A DNA stretch of 64,000 nucleotides from Podarcis pityusensis (taxonomy: Eukaryota). Where the stretch lies: NCBI GenBank assembly GCA_964106645.2, contig OZ067039.1. One strand, given 5' to 3'. The translations under genes and the position numbers were made by a program. Positions 41,051 to 52,707 of the stretch are shown here, piece by piece. Below the pieces are notes generated by a model. That model was not told the DNA's origin. It made no database searches and saw nothing but the letters and a program-made list of their open reading frames with translations. How positions within the stretch are numbered: position 1 is the stretch's first letter; each line of letters opens with the position of its first letter.

Positions 41051-43861
41051 AATTCGCCTTTTTCACAGCTGCTTCACACTGTCAACATCTTTCTTGAACT
41101 CTCTTCAAAGGATTGAGTTATTCTCCTTCATACCTGATTTAAGCCTTAGCTTGTTCTTTAACCACCTTCCTTGACCTTATCTTTATTTAGTTTCTGCCCT
41201 AGAAAAACTGGATGTAGTAGTAGCCACGCTTTGATTAAGGTAGCAATCTAAAACTCTCAGATTCCTTTGGCTTAATCCTTTGGGCTATTGCTTGCAGGTC
41301 AGCAATACAGTTTTAAAATCCTCTTTCTACCATCTTTCTTCAAGGCTGCATCTGTGTGTATGTTTGAACCACTCCAGGGTGGCTTTTGTGCTTGCCTTCC
41401 CTGATTCTGTGGAACACCAATGTTTACACCATACACCAGTGCTTGTTTATTTTTATAATTATAAGACATTTTGAGCCCTAGATGGTGAAAAGTGGGACTA
41501 TAGATTTTTAAAATAAATAATAAACACACAAACACATACACAGAGTCAGCTGACCTTATTTGCCTGCTGAGCCAGGCTCAGTCCTTGTTGGTGGTGGCTG
41601 TTTTGCAGGGTCCCCCCTTCACATTTTTTGTAAGCTCCCTCCCTCCCTCCCCAAAGAAAAGTCTGCTGAGTCTAATGCCTTCCTATTGTGCACAAATGGT
41701 GTCATTTTGGCTATAAAAAGAGCCACATTTCATAGAATGAATTTGCTATTGTATAGCATACTTAGAGACATATAGCTAGGTGAAGGCTGAAACGGTATTT
41801 GTAGTAACTGATTGCTTCCTGCAGCACTGCCAGTAAATCAAAGCGAGGGAGCCAGGAGGAAAGATGGGTCAGAAAAAGAGTTCAGCTGATGTGATCTGTC
41901 TGGTCAAACTCCATTTTTTGCATCAGTTGCAATTAACAGGATTTTACTTAGGGTCAGTTTTAAATGTGATGGTGCTGATGTGAAAGTTGCCAAAACTCAT
42001 TTTTCTCTCTACAGTGCTTTGTGTAACTGTAAAAGATTATGACCACACACTCACCTATGTATATGCAGCCTCTCTTCAGGGCACCATAGCTACCATCTTG
42101 GCACAGGCTAAGAGACTTCTAAATACTACTCCAGAAACGTGAAGCACTCATTTTTAAGTGGCCTCTGTGTAATCCCCACCCGTCAAATTTAAATTGACCC
42201 TTCTATGTGCTACATTTGAAGCTGGTGATGAGCAATATCAAATACCTTCCGTCATTTTGGAAGTGGTACAATATGGACTATAATTTATATTATATATTAA
42301 AAATTTAAGCCTATTTTTCAGGCTGTATATATTTTGCACAAACATAACTTCATGAGACAGATTGTGCTAGAGATTGTTTCTGAGTGCTCAGTTCAATTGC
42401 AGATGTTTTGTGTCCTGTTATGGAAGACATCAACTTTTTATTGAGAATTGTTCTCTAAACATCCTAGGGTTTGTTCCTAGAAGCCCAAAGATGGTACCAA
42501 GATTTCTGTATAGAGCAAGTGTTGAAAGTCTCCCATTAGTAGTCATTCTTGGCCAGAAAAAATGAAGACTTGCCTTCTGTTTTGAGCATTCACTTTGTTG
42601 ATCTTGTTTTTCTTAGAATGAGATGCAAAGACAAACACTGGTTTTGTTTCAAGATTGTCCTCATTTTTGGTAATGACTGGGTTCTGTAATTATTTTAGGG
42701 CAGATTGATTAGTATCCCCCTCCGCCCCTGGGAAAACAGACCTGTGAACTAAAACATGTAACATCCCCATGTTCTTTCACTTGTTAGCCTTTCTAAGAGG
42801 TATTTTTATGGGCCAATGCCACATTGCTTTCTCCTGTTGCAGAGTGGGGTGATTGGCAGAGGGGAGGAAGCTGCAGGTTGCTGCAAGCTTACTGCAGTTT
42901 CCTGTCTTGTCTTGAGTTACTGCTCTCAGAGGTGTATCTGGTCAACCCGAGAAGGTCCTGGCAAGAAAATAAAAGTGCAGCCTCCCTTCCCCCTCCTCAT
43001 CCAGACAGGAAGCATAGCAGAAAAGAGATGGGAAGTGATGTGTTACACTTAATACATTTAGCAGACAAGAATGAAAAGCAACCTTTTTCAAGGCACTGAA
43101 ATTGTATGCTAGACAGGAAGAACTCAGTTGGGTCCCCATTGGAATCTCTGTCTCCCCTGGTGCCCAACAAGTAAAGAAAATGCTTAAGGCTGATACTGTC
43201 TTGATTATTATTGCCCCTCTGCTGATTGTCTGCTTCATGAGATTCTGATGGGGTTTAGATGTAATGCCAAACTGATTTGGTGTTATGTGTACAAGCAAGC
43301 CTGAGCCTCTGACGTCTACACCCCGTACCACCCCCACACTTTTCTGGTTCTCAGCAAACATACATGGCCAGATTCTGGCGAAATGACAAACTGTGTAAAC
43401 CTTAGTTTGCTCACATGCCTAGGAACCAGGCTCATGCCTGCTTGTGTATGTAATACTGTGGATTCCATATGATTGGCTATTTATCCTTTAGGCTTCTGCC
43501 TTTCCTATCATGTTTGCTGATCAAGCTGTGGTTGACATTATTACATCTTGTCTGAGCTGCTGTCTGTATTGCAGAATCCTCAGACCCAGGAAATTTACTT
43601 GAATCCATATGTTTTATTGAGTTGCTCTTTGGCCCCTATGTCTGGTTTCTAAGGCTATGAGAGCGCCAGCTGTTTCTCGCCAGAGTCTGTTGCTGGCATC
43701 CCTGGAAAGAGGAATGCAGTCTGCAGCACATCCTGTGAACGGTCACAGTTTTCAGTGCTCTTAACATAATTTTGCATAAGAAAAATGTTTTCTGTGATTT
43801 GGTGCAGATGCATTGCCCATGTTCAAATTTAATGCTAAACCTGGTTTAGCACTACACAAAT

Positions 43862-43939
43862 GTGATTCCTGCATTGCATGTGGTTGGACTAGATGATGTG
43901 TTGGGTCCCTTCCACCTCTACAATTCTATGAGTCTATGA
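43862..43939 (+). mobile_element. CR1-type 3' terminal fragment
   Basis: gattcctgcattgc...ttggactagatgat...gggtcccttccacctctacaattctatgagtctatga. Confidence 0.75.
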
Positions 43940-44048
43940 CAGGCACCCCCAACCTGCGGCCCTCCAGATGTTTTGGCCTACAACTCCCATGATCCCTAGC
44001 TAACAGGATCAGTGGTCAGGGATGATGGCCGAAGATTGGGGGTGCCTA
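43940..44048. mobile_element. Internally deleted hAT MITE inserted in the CR1 tail
   Basis: TIRs CAGGCACCCCCAA / TTGGGGGTGCCTA; perfect TSD gtctatga (43932-43939, 44049-44056). Confidence 0.88.
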
Positions 44049-44892
44049 GTCTATGAAATGAGTCTAATGAAAGGAAACTTTTCATTAGACACAGTTCTGC
44101 TGATACCAGGTATATAATAAACCATCTTACATGGCTTGCTTTCAAGTGTTTTTTACCGGGAGGTAAATCTCCCTATAGTAACAAAATAAAAGATTGATCT
44201 TAGTGCGCTACATGTTCTTAGAGCTGTTTTTGTGGTCCCAAGAATCTTGTATGGGAATTGCAACCACTACATAGCAGCTTGTGTGAAATAGCTGTCATGG
44301 CTAGAATGGCCACATCAATATGAGGCCTCTCTATCAAGTGAATGCAGTTAGGCTTTTACTGAGAAGTTTATGTTAAAAGGAGGGGAAAGCTTAGTTGACA
44401 GCTATCATTTTAGCTGGTCGTGTGAGTCTGCCTGCAAACCCTGCATCGGGTCAGTGCTGCACATTTGTCAAATTAAAAGCACATGTTGGCTGGGTGAAAG
44501 GCTGGTATCTTTGTCACAGCTTTCATTTCTTGGAACAATGGGGTGATTCAGGGACAGACACTGTATTTGCAGGAACTGTTTTGAGGTTTCTATTTACAAA
44601 CAAGTGATGTGTATATTTTATGAAACAATTTATAAAAAAATAGATAAACCATTAGCAGCAACTTGAATGTGAAATTTATATCATATATAGTTATTTTTGT
44701 TGAGATGTGTAAACTGCTTATAGATTTCTCAAAATATAAAGTGGTATAAAAGAAAAATAAATACAGTTGCAGATTCTGGACCAAGAACTATCCAAAGTTT
44801 GGACTCTTCTTCATGCTAACAACTTATGTACAGTCATATAGACTGGGCTTGTTACGTTGTCTTGTTAATCAAGTTTGTTTTCTCTTTCTCAG

Positions 44893-44918
44893 GGAACCAA
44901 TTGGAAAGAAGAGATCTG
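44893..44918 (+). CDS. SH3PXD2B: SH3PXD2B coding exon 6, 26-nt micro-exon (PX-SH3 linker)
   Basis: tctctttctcAG|GGAACCAATTGGAAAGAAGAGATCTG|GTaagg; encodes (E)EPIGKKRS(G), versus human EHIGKKKSG. It bridges phase 2 to phase 1, as exons 5 and 7 require. Confidence 0.94.
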
Positions 44919-46465
44919 GTAAGGCAATTACACTTGTTTTATTCCCCTTCTTGATCTTTTATAAAGCTAATGGAATTGACCACAGCCAGTGACCAGTTGA
45001 CAGCTGGACTGAACCACGTGCTTCCACAGGCCATCTGTATTATACTACTTCTCTTTGATGAGGTGGAAGAGATTGGACGAATTTGTCACAGAAGTGCTGT
45101 TTCTCTTTCACTTTTGTCCTTCTGTCATCCTCTCTTTTGTTTCTACTTCTGTGAGGGTGATCCCATTACAGATCTGGTCCAGGAAGCCAAAAAGGTTCCC
45201 CACCCTGTTCTACCCTGTAGCAGTGTATGAGAGCAGATTGGCACCGTAGCCCTCTGTTCTGTTTGTAGCTAGGATTGCTGTTTAGCCAAAATGTCATTGT
45301 CCATTTTTGAAGTTGGCTTTGGTCAATTAAGGCAGGTTAAACATGGCACTTGAAGTGTAGTGCACATGTGATGTACAATTATATGCTAATAGCTGTCAGT
45401 AGGAGTGATCAGTAGTCTTGTTTACTAACTTGGCATTTGGAGCAGCTATATTCTGTGCTGCTGCATCACTCCCACCTTTTTCCCCAGCACAGCTGATTAT
45501 GACTCCTATCTGTGCATGTCTGCCATCTTTCACTGCAACACCTAGTCTAGTTGCAGTTTACACTACATTTAGTTTGCCTGTATGCTGAATGATGGTTGAG
45601 GTAGCAGTGAATAATAGGAGAGGCTGCAGAGTTTGCACAGTAGAAATGAAAGAAAGGGAAAAATAGTAACCTGTTTAGAAGCAAGATGTGTGAAACGTGT
45701 TCTTAGAGGGCTCTTTGAGTTCAGAAAGTCCTTTGAGCTGAAACTTGAGCATGCATCGTTGTAAACATCAGCAGGAGGCTTTGTTCTGAGCTGTTCTGTT
45801 TTCTTTTGTATTCTTTATTGCATTTGTCAAAGAAGACCAATTTCCTTTTCTGCTTGCTGTTTGGTGCCTGGAGCTGATTGCGGCAAACAGAGGACCTCTA
45901 AGGGCAGTATTCCCAATAATAATCTACAATGGATTCATCCTTCCGTTTTAGTCAAAGGAGCGTAACAATCACATACATACCTGCTTGCCAGTAGCAGTTT
46001 GTGCTTGAACATGCAAATCCTTCTGCATTGGCTCTGAAACTCAGTGCTAGCTGATTGCACTCCCAAACACCAGCAAACCAGGAACCCCACCCTACAGGGC
46101 AACTAAGCACCTGCCTGCTTCTTTCAGCTTCCTTAGTGGAGTACTATGTACTTCTGAATTTTGCCAGCATGAAAACACAATGAACTTTATAATAAGTTTA
46201 TTTATTCCCAGTGCAGAAATACTGGTCAGCTTTGTTTCTGCAAACCTGAGTAATTTAATACCATGGACCATATTCTAGTTTATAAATACACCCACACACA
46301 ACATTAAAGGAAGGTAGAGATATTGGAGCAGATTCAGGTAGTCACATGTCGCTCAAGAAGATTGGGCACATATTTTGTGTCGCTGTGATCTGCCAAAGGA
46401 TTACTTCTTGCTCAAGTTTGTTCTTGGTTTTTACTTCTGCAGACCTCAAGTTCTCCCCAGACTGC

Positions 46466-46566
46466 TGTGTGTGTGTCTGTTTCTGTGTCCGTGTCCGTGT
46501 CCGTGTCCGTGTCCGTGTCCGTGTCCGTGTCTGTGTCTGTGTCTGTATCTGTATCTGTATCTGTGT
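46466..46566. repeat. Compound hexamer microsatellite (GTGTCC)n to (GTGTCT)n to (GTATCT)n
   Basis: Directly visible. Confidence 0.92.
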
Positions 46567-49500
46567 GGTGCCTTTTGACCACATGAAGATCTGCACTTGC
46601 AGTAGGAGTTCATTCGTAGTATTATGATTATCTTGCCTCATCTTGATGAATGGAGACAACACATGGTTGTTAATCTTTCATTACCTTTACATCTGTGTAT
46701 TTATATTCTTTTTTGTGTCCTCATTGCCTTTCTCCACCATTTTGTTCCTCCATCAGGACTTATCCAGAGAACGGCTTCTTTCCTTCTGAGAGGTAGTAAC
46801 AGCAGCTTGTTGCTTGGGCCTTGCTTTCACGTTTCCTCCCTGCTGGGCAACACGTGCTGTTCCTCTTGGGCAGTCTAGGCTCCTCTCTCTTGCCACTGCT
46901 TTGTCAGGTTGCTGCTTTCCGTTGGGTAGGGGAGTGCTGGGGTGGGTAGGGGATGTTTATTAAAAAATCTCCATTGAATTGCACTGAGGATAAGCAAATG
47001 AAACCCAACTAGGATGGTTTATAGCCCGCTACATGGCAACTCTACTGCTTTGCTGGTGGTGGTTTCAAGGTTTGGGTGATAGATGGGAATAAATTACACT
47101 GTGGCTTTAATGGGAGAAAAAACTGGAGTTGTTGGGTGATTGGGAGCATTGCCACATCTGACACAAATGAACAGCTTTTGCACATTTGCATGTTCATTTA
47201 AATATATGCAAATTGCCATTGATCAACATTTAGATGCAAATACTGATACTTAAAAGATGTGTCAATCCTACGCTTTGCCCTCTTTTTAATGGAATCTGGA
47301 ATCTTGCAAAATTCTGTCTAGATTTGCCGCTTTGAAGGGAAAGTTTAGGTGCTTAGTTGTGAAAGGTTGTGTTGGCATCTGAATTTTAAGTGACAATTCC
47401 ACACTCACCCATCCAGCTCATTGTGCATATATACTTGTCCTTAATTTAGCTAGTATGCATGTACTAGGGTGGCTATTAATTTATTTTAATTTTTTAAACC
47501 TCTTTGTAAGTAATTGGAAGGCTGCTTTTAAAATCTTGTTCTGCTGGGTAATTGTTCTTGGCAGCCCACTTGGCCTAAATGGACATGTCAGGTGATTATG
47601 TATTGATCAACAGGAGTTAAAGTACATCTCCACAGTCTGACAAAGCTTATCAATAAATGTGAGCTGCAGTGGAAGCCTCATGGGATTCTATGATCATTCA
47701 TAACTTGTCTTGTTCTTTGGGTATGAAAGGATGTGTGAGTGTTTTTTTTGGGGGGGGGGGTCAAAGCCAGTTTCAGAAGTCAAAAGAGGGCATAAATTTT
47801 TGCCCAGCCTGCAGCTCGGCCTTCTGCAGAGCATGAGATCAAATAACTGAGCATATTAAGGAATCTTAAGTGACCTATAACTTTGTTGTTGTCTTTGGAG
47901 TAGATGAGAAATTGGTCTGGATCCATGACTTAGCAGGCAATCTTACAAACAAGGCTAATGTGAGGAAGTTCAAAACCTAGATTTGCAATTTTAAGTAGAT
48001 CCATTCTCTAGCTGTAATCATGCCTCAGTCATGAGGCTCTTTCAGAGTGAAATATGTTGTATGCATGTCTCTTCTGGTGACAGGTCACCAATTCACAGAT
48101 CCATATAGCATTCTCAAGTCCAATATTTGTTCATAGAATCCATTTGTTTCTTGGTCATGTTGAATCTACTTCACACAGGCATGTTCATTGCTTGGTATCT
48201 AATCCTTTGGTGATTTCCAACCATAAGTGTGATCTGTCATCACTGAAGTTGTTGGGTGATATGAAAGTCCCATCTGTTGTGAATTGTGATCAAACGGCAA
48301 TCCTGGCTTCTGTTACCTTCTCTCAGGAGGTTAAAAAAAGCAGTGCTACTTTTAAGAGCTCATGTTAGTCCCAAAGATGACCACTTTTCCTGTTAACGCA
48401 GCCTCACAGCTTAGTGGTTGAGAATAATTGTCCTGAGAGGGAATCAGCTGAAAATAATCCTTACCTTTTCCGCTCAGTGCTGTTTACTGCATTGTGTTGC
48501 TGTTTTAATAGGTAGTTTGGAGGTGCCAGAGCTGCTTGTTGAAGCTGCAAATAGCCCAAGAACACTATGAGTAATTATATAGGGAGGTTGGGGTCCGGAA
48601 AAGGGTTCCTTTCTCTTCATCCTGTGGTTGTTTTCCTACTGTGGCCAAGTCACTCTGTGCTTGGGTCTAGTCAGAGTGGTAGTTGGCCTCAGACAGGAGA
48701 TGGGACCTACAGTCCTACAGCGCAGGCATTATTTTCTCAAAGTTATATTTGTTTCTTCCTGGCAACATATTCCAATACACTTCACTGTATTGGGAGCTTT
48801 AATTAGTAGTAAGTAGGGCTTTGCATTGCTCACCTGGAATGCTGAGGGAAGTTGGTTTGGATCTAACATAGTAGAAAATGCCCTTTTATTCCTTACAGTG
48901 GGCCTTCCTTTTATTCCTTACAGTTGTTTTTTCAAGTCTTGTACAAAACTGACTTTCCTAGAAATTGAATTGTTTGGCAAGCTTAGAATCCAATAAACTA
49001 AAAGCAGCTACAACCTTGCCAAAATCCTTTGATCCTTTGGCTGTGCCACACGGTGCTGTTCTTTCTGCAAGGCTGCCATGTCTTTCTCTGCTGCAGTTTT
49101 CATTGTGGAGTTTCCCGTCTGTTTTCTCCAGTCAAACCAGTCCATTTTGATAAAACTAGCTTTGTTGCCCTCATTTGAGTATTGACTGTTTTCACTGCCC
49201 TCCAGGATCCCTGTTGCTCAGTTTTCTTTAACCCTTGAAATGGTTGAGGCCCCCTTTAGGTCATTTCAGAAACTTCTGAGGGCTTTGGGCTCTCTGGCTA
49301 TTATTACATGAGAGTGCTTTGCTATCTTCAGGAGCCCAGAGAACCAAGAAACAGTGTTCCATGGGAAAGCTCTGCTTCAATCAACATGGGTTTTTAAATA
49401 CTCACCTCAAATTTCCTCTGTGCTGAAGGTGCAAGTGGGAACTAATTATGGAAGTCTTGGCTTTCTAAATGATACCTTTTAAGTGTTGCCTTCAAATCTT

Positions 49501-49760
49501 TAGATAGTCTACAAGCCAAAGAAGTATCAGGGTTCTGGGTCATAAGTCCAGAGCTTGATTGGGATTTGCATGCAGGTCTCTGAGTGACTTACTGTAGAAC
49601 TGCAAAGTTGCACACTCCCAGTTGCTTTACAGTAGCAACAACTGAGAAACTTTCACCTAGATTAGGTTGCTTAAAAAGTGGGGGGGCAGGAATGGATTTT
49701 TGTGTGAAAGGACATGTGAGCTTGGTTCTGGTACTGATCACACCTTTCTTTTGCCTAAAG

Positions 49761-49888
49761 CAGTAATGACCAAAGTTGGCCCTCTAGCTGTTTTGGGACT
49801 ACAATTCCCACCATCCCTGACCTGTTACCTAGGGATGATGGGAGCTGTAGTCCCAAAACAGCTGGAGGGCCAAGTTTGGCCATCACTG
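49761..49888. mobile_element. Short palindromic hAT MITE, 128 bp, perfect TSD
   Basis: Arms cagtaatgaccaaagttggccctctagctgttttgggactaca / tgtagtcccaaaacagctggagggccaagtttggccatcactg; TSD gcctaaag (49753-49760, 49889-49896). Confidence 0.92.
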
Positions 49889-51354
49889 GCCTAAAGTATA
49901 GAGGGGGAAAGAAACTTTTGCAGCTCCCCTTTACCAGCAAAACATTATTTGTTAAGAGGTGGACAAGTTATATAGGAAATGCACCCAAACTATGAAAAGA
50001 GATCAAAGGTTTAGAAGAAAAGGTGATTTCTAACTCTCCCACCCTCAAGCACCATCTAATTAAATGTTTCCCCCCTTTCCTTTGCTGTTAAGATGGGGGG
50101 GGTGTCAAACTTAAAAAAGAATGTCAGTGCATGTAGGTTAACCAGATAGTAAATGTGGTGTAAAATAGTGTGTGACCAGTTTACTTTGTGTCTTCTGAAC
50201 AGAAATATTTCATAGGTGAAAGGAATGGTGCTGAAACATGTTAAAAGCAAAAGTGACTTGTGGTCTTTGCAGCCAAGAATAGCATTGCCCCTGAGACTGC
50301 AGTCTTGGGTACTTTTATGAGAGAGCAAGTCCCCTTGAGCTCAGTGGGATATACTTCTAAGGAAGCATGCATAAAATTGGGCTGTTACTTAGAGTGTATG
50401 GGATTAAAGTTCTGCCTTGGTGCATGTGACATTGCACAGAAACAGAAGGGTTTGATGGCCATAAGAAATGGTCCTCTAAGGGAGCATGCTTTGTTGCACT
50501 TTTCTCTCTCTCTCTCTTTTTGCTCCCTCTTAACATCCAGTTTCGGATGCATTTATCTTTGTGAGTAAACACTGCTGCCCCTTAGTGGCTCTGAATTTAT
50601 TTGTTTTATTTTTAAGCAAACCACAGATTTCTTAAAGAGTTTATTTTCCCGTAGCTTCTTTCTTTGCATGGATAAGCTGAAAACATTTTCTGGGCCTTAC
50701 AGGTTTTCCTTTTTTCGTTTCTTTTCCTTTCCTTTATCTCCTCTGCATCTGCCCTACAAACAGCAGCCAGGATGATGATCTGGGATACAAAGGAAGAGCC
50801 ATGTGTTAAACTGCAAAGAGCAGCTGAATTCTTGAGGTCTGTGGTCCTTGTAGCCCAAAACCACATCCTCCGGAAGTACAAAGCTTGAGTTCTTGCTGGG
50901 CCAGATGGGGTGACCACAGGAAATGACTCCAGATAGTCATCTTTGGCAAAGAGCCATGCAATAGCCTAATGTAAGGGGAGAGTTACTCTCCCTTGCAATT
51001 AATGTAGATTTCCCCACCACCAGCTGAAATTAAGCTCTCTAGATAGGCTAGCTGTGCTTAATTGGAAATATCCTAATTGCAACATAGATTTGAAAAAGGC
51101 TTTTGAATTAACACCCTCCTTCTTAAACATTTCATCATTTTTTAACAACCAAGTTAAGAGTGAGGTCTTGCAAGTTTATTAGCGTAATCAGATTTTTGCC
51201 CCAACAACCGTATACTGTAGCCTAATCCTGCAAAGTTTTGAGTTAGTGGAATTTTTGCCGAAGACTTTGCTCAGGACTCTGCTCTCAAAGTAATTCTTCC
51301 TACATCTTATTTTGACTACAATACCCAGTCACTTTCCTTGCATGCCCTGATGTG

Positions 51355-51575
51355 ACTACACTGGCTACCAAGTAGTTTCCAATTCAAAGTGCTGGTTTTG
51401 GTCTATAAAGTATAAAGTATTGGTCTATAAAGTGGTCCTATCACAAGGACCACTTCTCCTCATAGGAATCAACATGGGCATCTGATACCCATCTTTATGC
51501 TCTCCTCTGAGGACTCAGGGCAGCTCCCTGTTTATGGAATGCTTTCCCCAGAGGGCAAGCCTGGTGCCATCACAT
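51355..51575 (+). mobile_element. Old L2 LINE 3' ORF2 fragment
   Basis: cactggctacca...caattcaaagtgctggttttggtctataaag (HWLP...QFKVLVLVYK) and tggaatgctttccc (WNA.P) are L2-like motifs. Confidence 0.6.
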
Positions 51576-51851
51576 TTTAAGTTTATTAGACATTCATAGG
51601 GTGGGTGGTGGTGGTATCTTTGGTAAAGTAATTGCTTCTATAGCTCAGAGCATGCAACAATGGTATCAAGTAAGTATCAAGAAGGACCTATCTGCACCAA
51701 TCTCAATTGTCACCTGTTTTCATCTCTCCATCACCTAGCCTCCTAAAGCTCACATTGGGCTCTTAAGATGTTGCCATGATCACAAGAAAAGCACATTATA
51801 GTCTGTGGCACATGTGGAGACAAAGTGTTTGTCTTGTTCCCTATGACACAG

Positions 51852-51986
51852 GTGGAGATTTGGCATCTACGGATCCCATGGTCCTGGAGCAGTATGTGGT
51901 GGTGGCAGATTACCAGAAGCAAGAAAGCTCTGAGATTAGCTTGTGTGCTGGCCAAGTGGTGGACATAATTGAGAAGAACGAATCTG
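51852..51986 (+). CDS. SH3PXD2B: SH3PXD2B coding exon 7 (SH3#1 N-half), 135 nt
   Basis: gacacAG|GTGGAGAT...GAATCTG|GTaagg; encodes (G)[44 protein letters not shown](G). Confidence 0.97.
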
Positions 51987-52014
51987 GTAAGGAGAGCTCA
52001 GTGGAAGCTTTAAA

Positions 52015-52707
52015 TTATATACATGCCTTGAGATTTCAGTAAGGCTTTTGACAAAGCCCCCCTTTATATTCTTGCAGAGAAACTGGTGAAATGTGTACTG
52101 GACAAGATAATTGTTAGGTGGATTTGTTGCTGGTTCACTCACTCCTCGGGAGGTGGAGGACTCTCCTTCATTGGAGGTTTTTAAGCAGAGGTTGGATGGC
52201 CATCTGTCATGTAAAGCTAAAAATGTAAACGACCCCTAGGCGGTTAAGTCCAGTCGAATTCGACTATGGGGTATGGCACTCATCTCCGTTTTTAGGCTGA
52301 GGGAGCCAGCATTTGTCCACAGACAGCTTTCCGGGTCATATGGCCAGCATGACTAAACCACTTCTGGCACAACAGGACACTGGGACAGAAGCCAGAGTGC
52401 ATGGAAACGCTGTTTACCTTCCCGCTGCAGTGGTACCTATTTATCTACTTGCACTGGTGTGCTTTCAAACTGCTAAGTTGGCAGAAGCTGGGACAGAGCA
52501 ACGGGAGCTCACCCCGTCGTGCATTTTTGAACTGCCGACCTTCCAATCAGCAAGCCCAAGAGGCTCAGTGGTTTAGACCACAGCGCCACCCGCATCCTTC
52601 CTTTTACCTTTACCCGTCATATACAATCTAGCTGAGATTCCTGCCTTGCAAGGGCTTGGACTAGATGACCCTTGGGGTCCCAAATCTACAATTCTATGAT
52701 TCTATGA
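52015..52707 (+). mobile_element. Internally deleted CR1 LINE, interrupted by a Sauria SINE
   Basis: gatttcagtaaggcttttgacaaa (DFSKAFDK) is joined directly to the 3' portion (ttggaggtttttaagcagaggttggatggccatctgtc); after the SINE it resumes to the tail acaattctatgattctatga. Confidence 0.82.
52211..52597 (-). mobile_element. Near full-length Sauria SINE nested in CR1
   Basis: The body matches 8853-9167 and includes the tRNA-like 5' end (gtttagaccacagcgccacccgcatcc on +). Confidence 0.9.

Noticed and set aside
46342-46662. ORFs with RV/CP/TR dipeptide runs
   Set aside because: Translations of the hexamer microsatellite.
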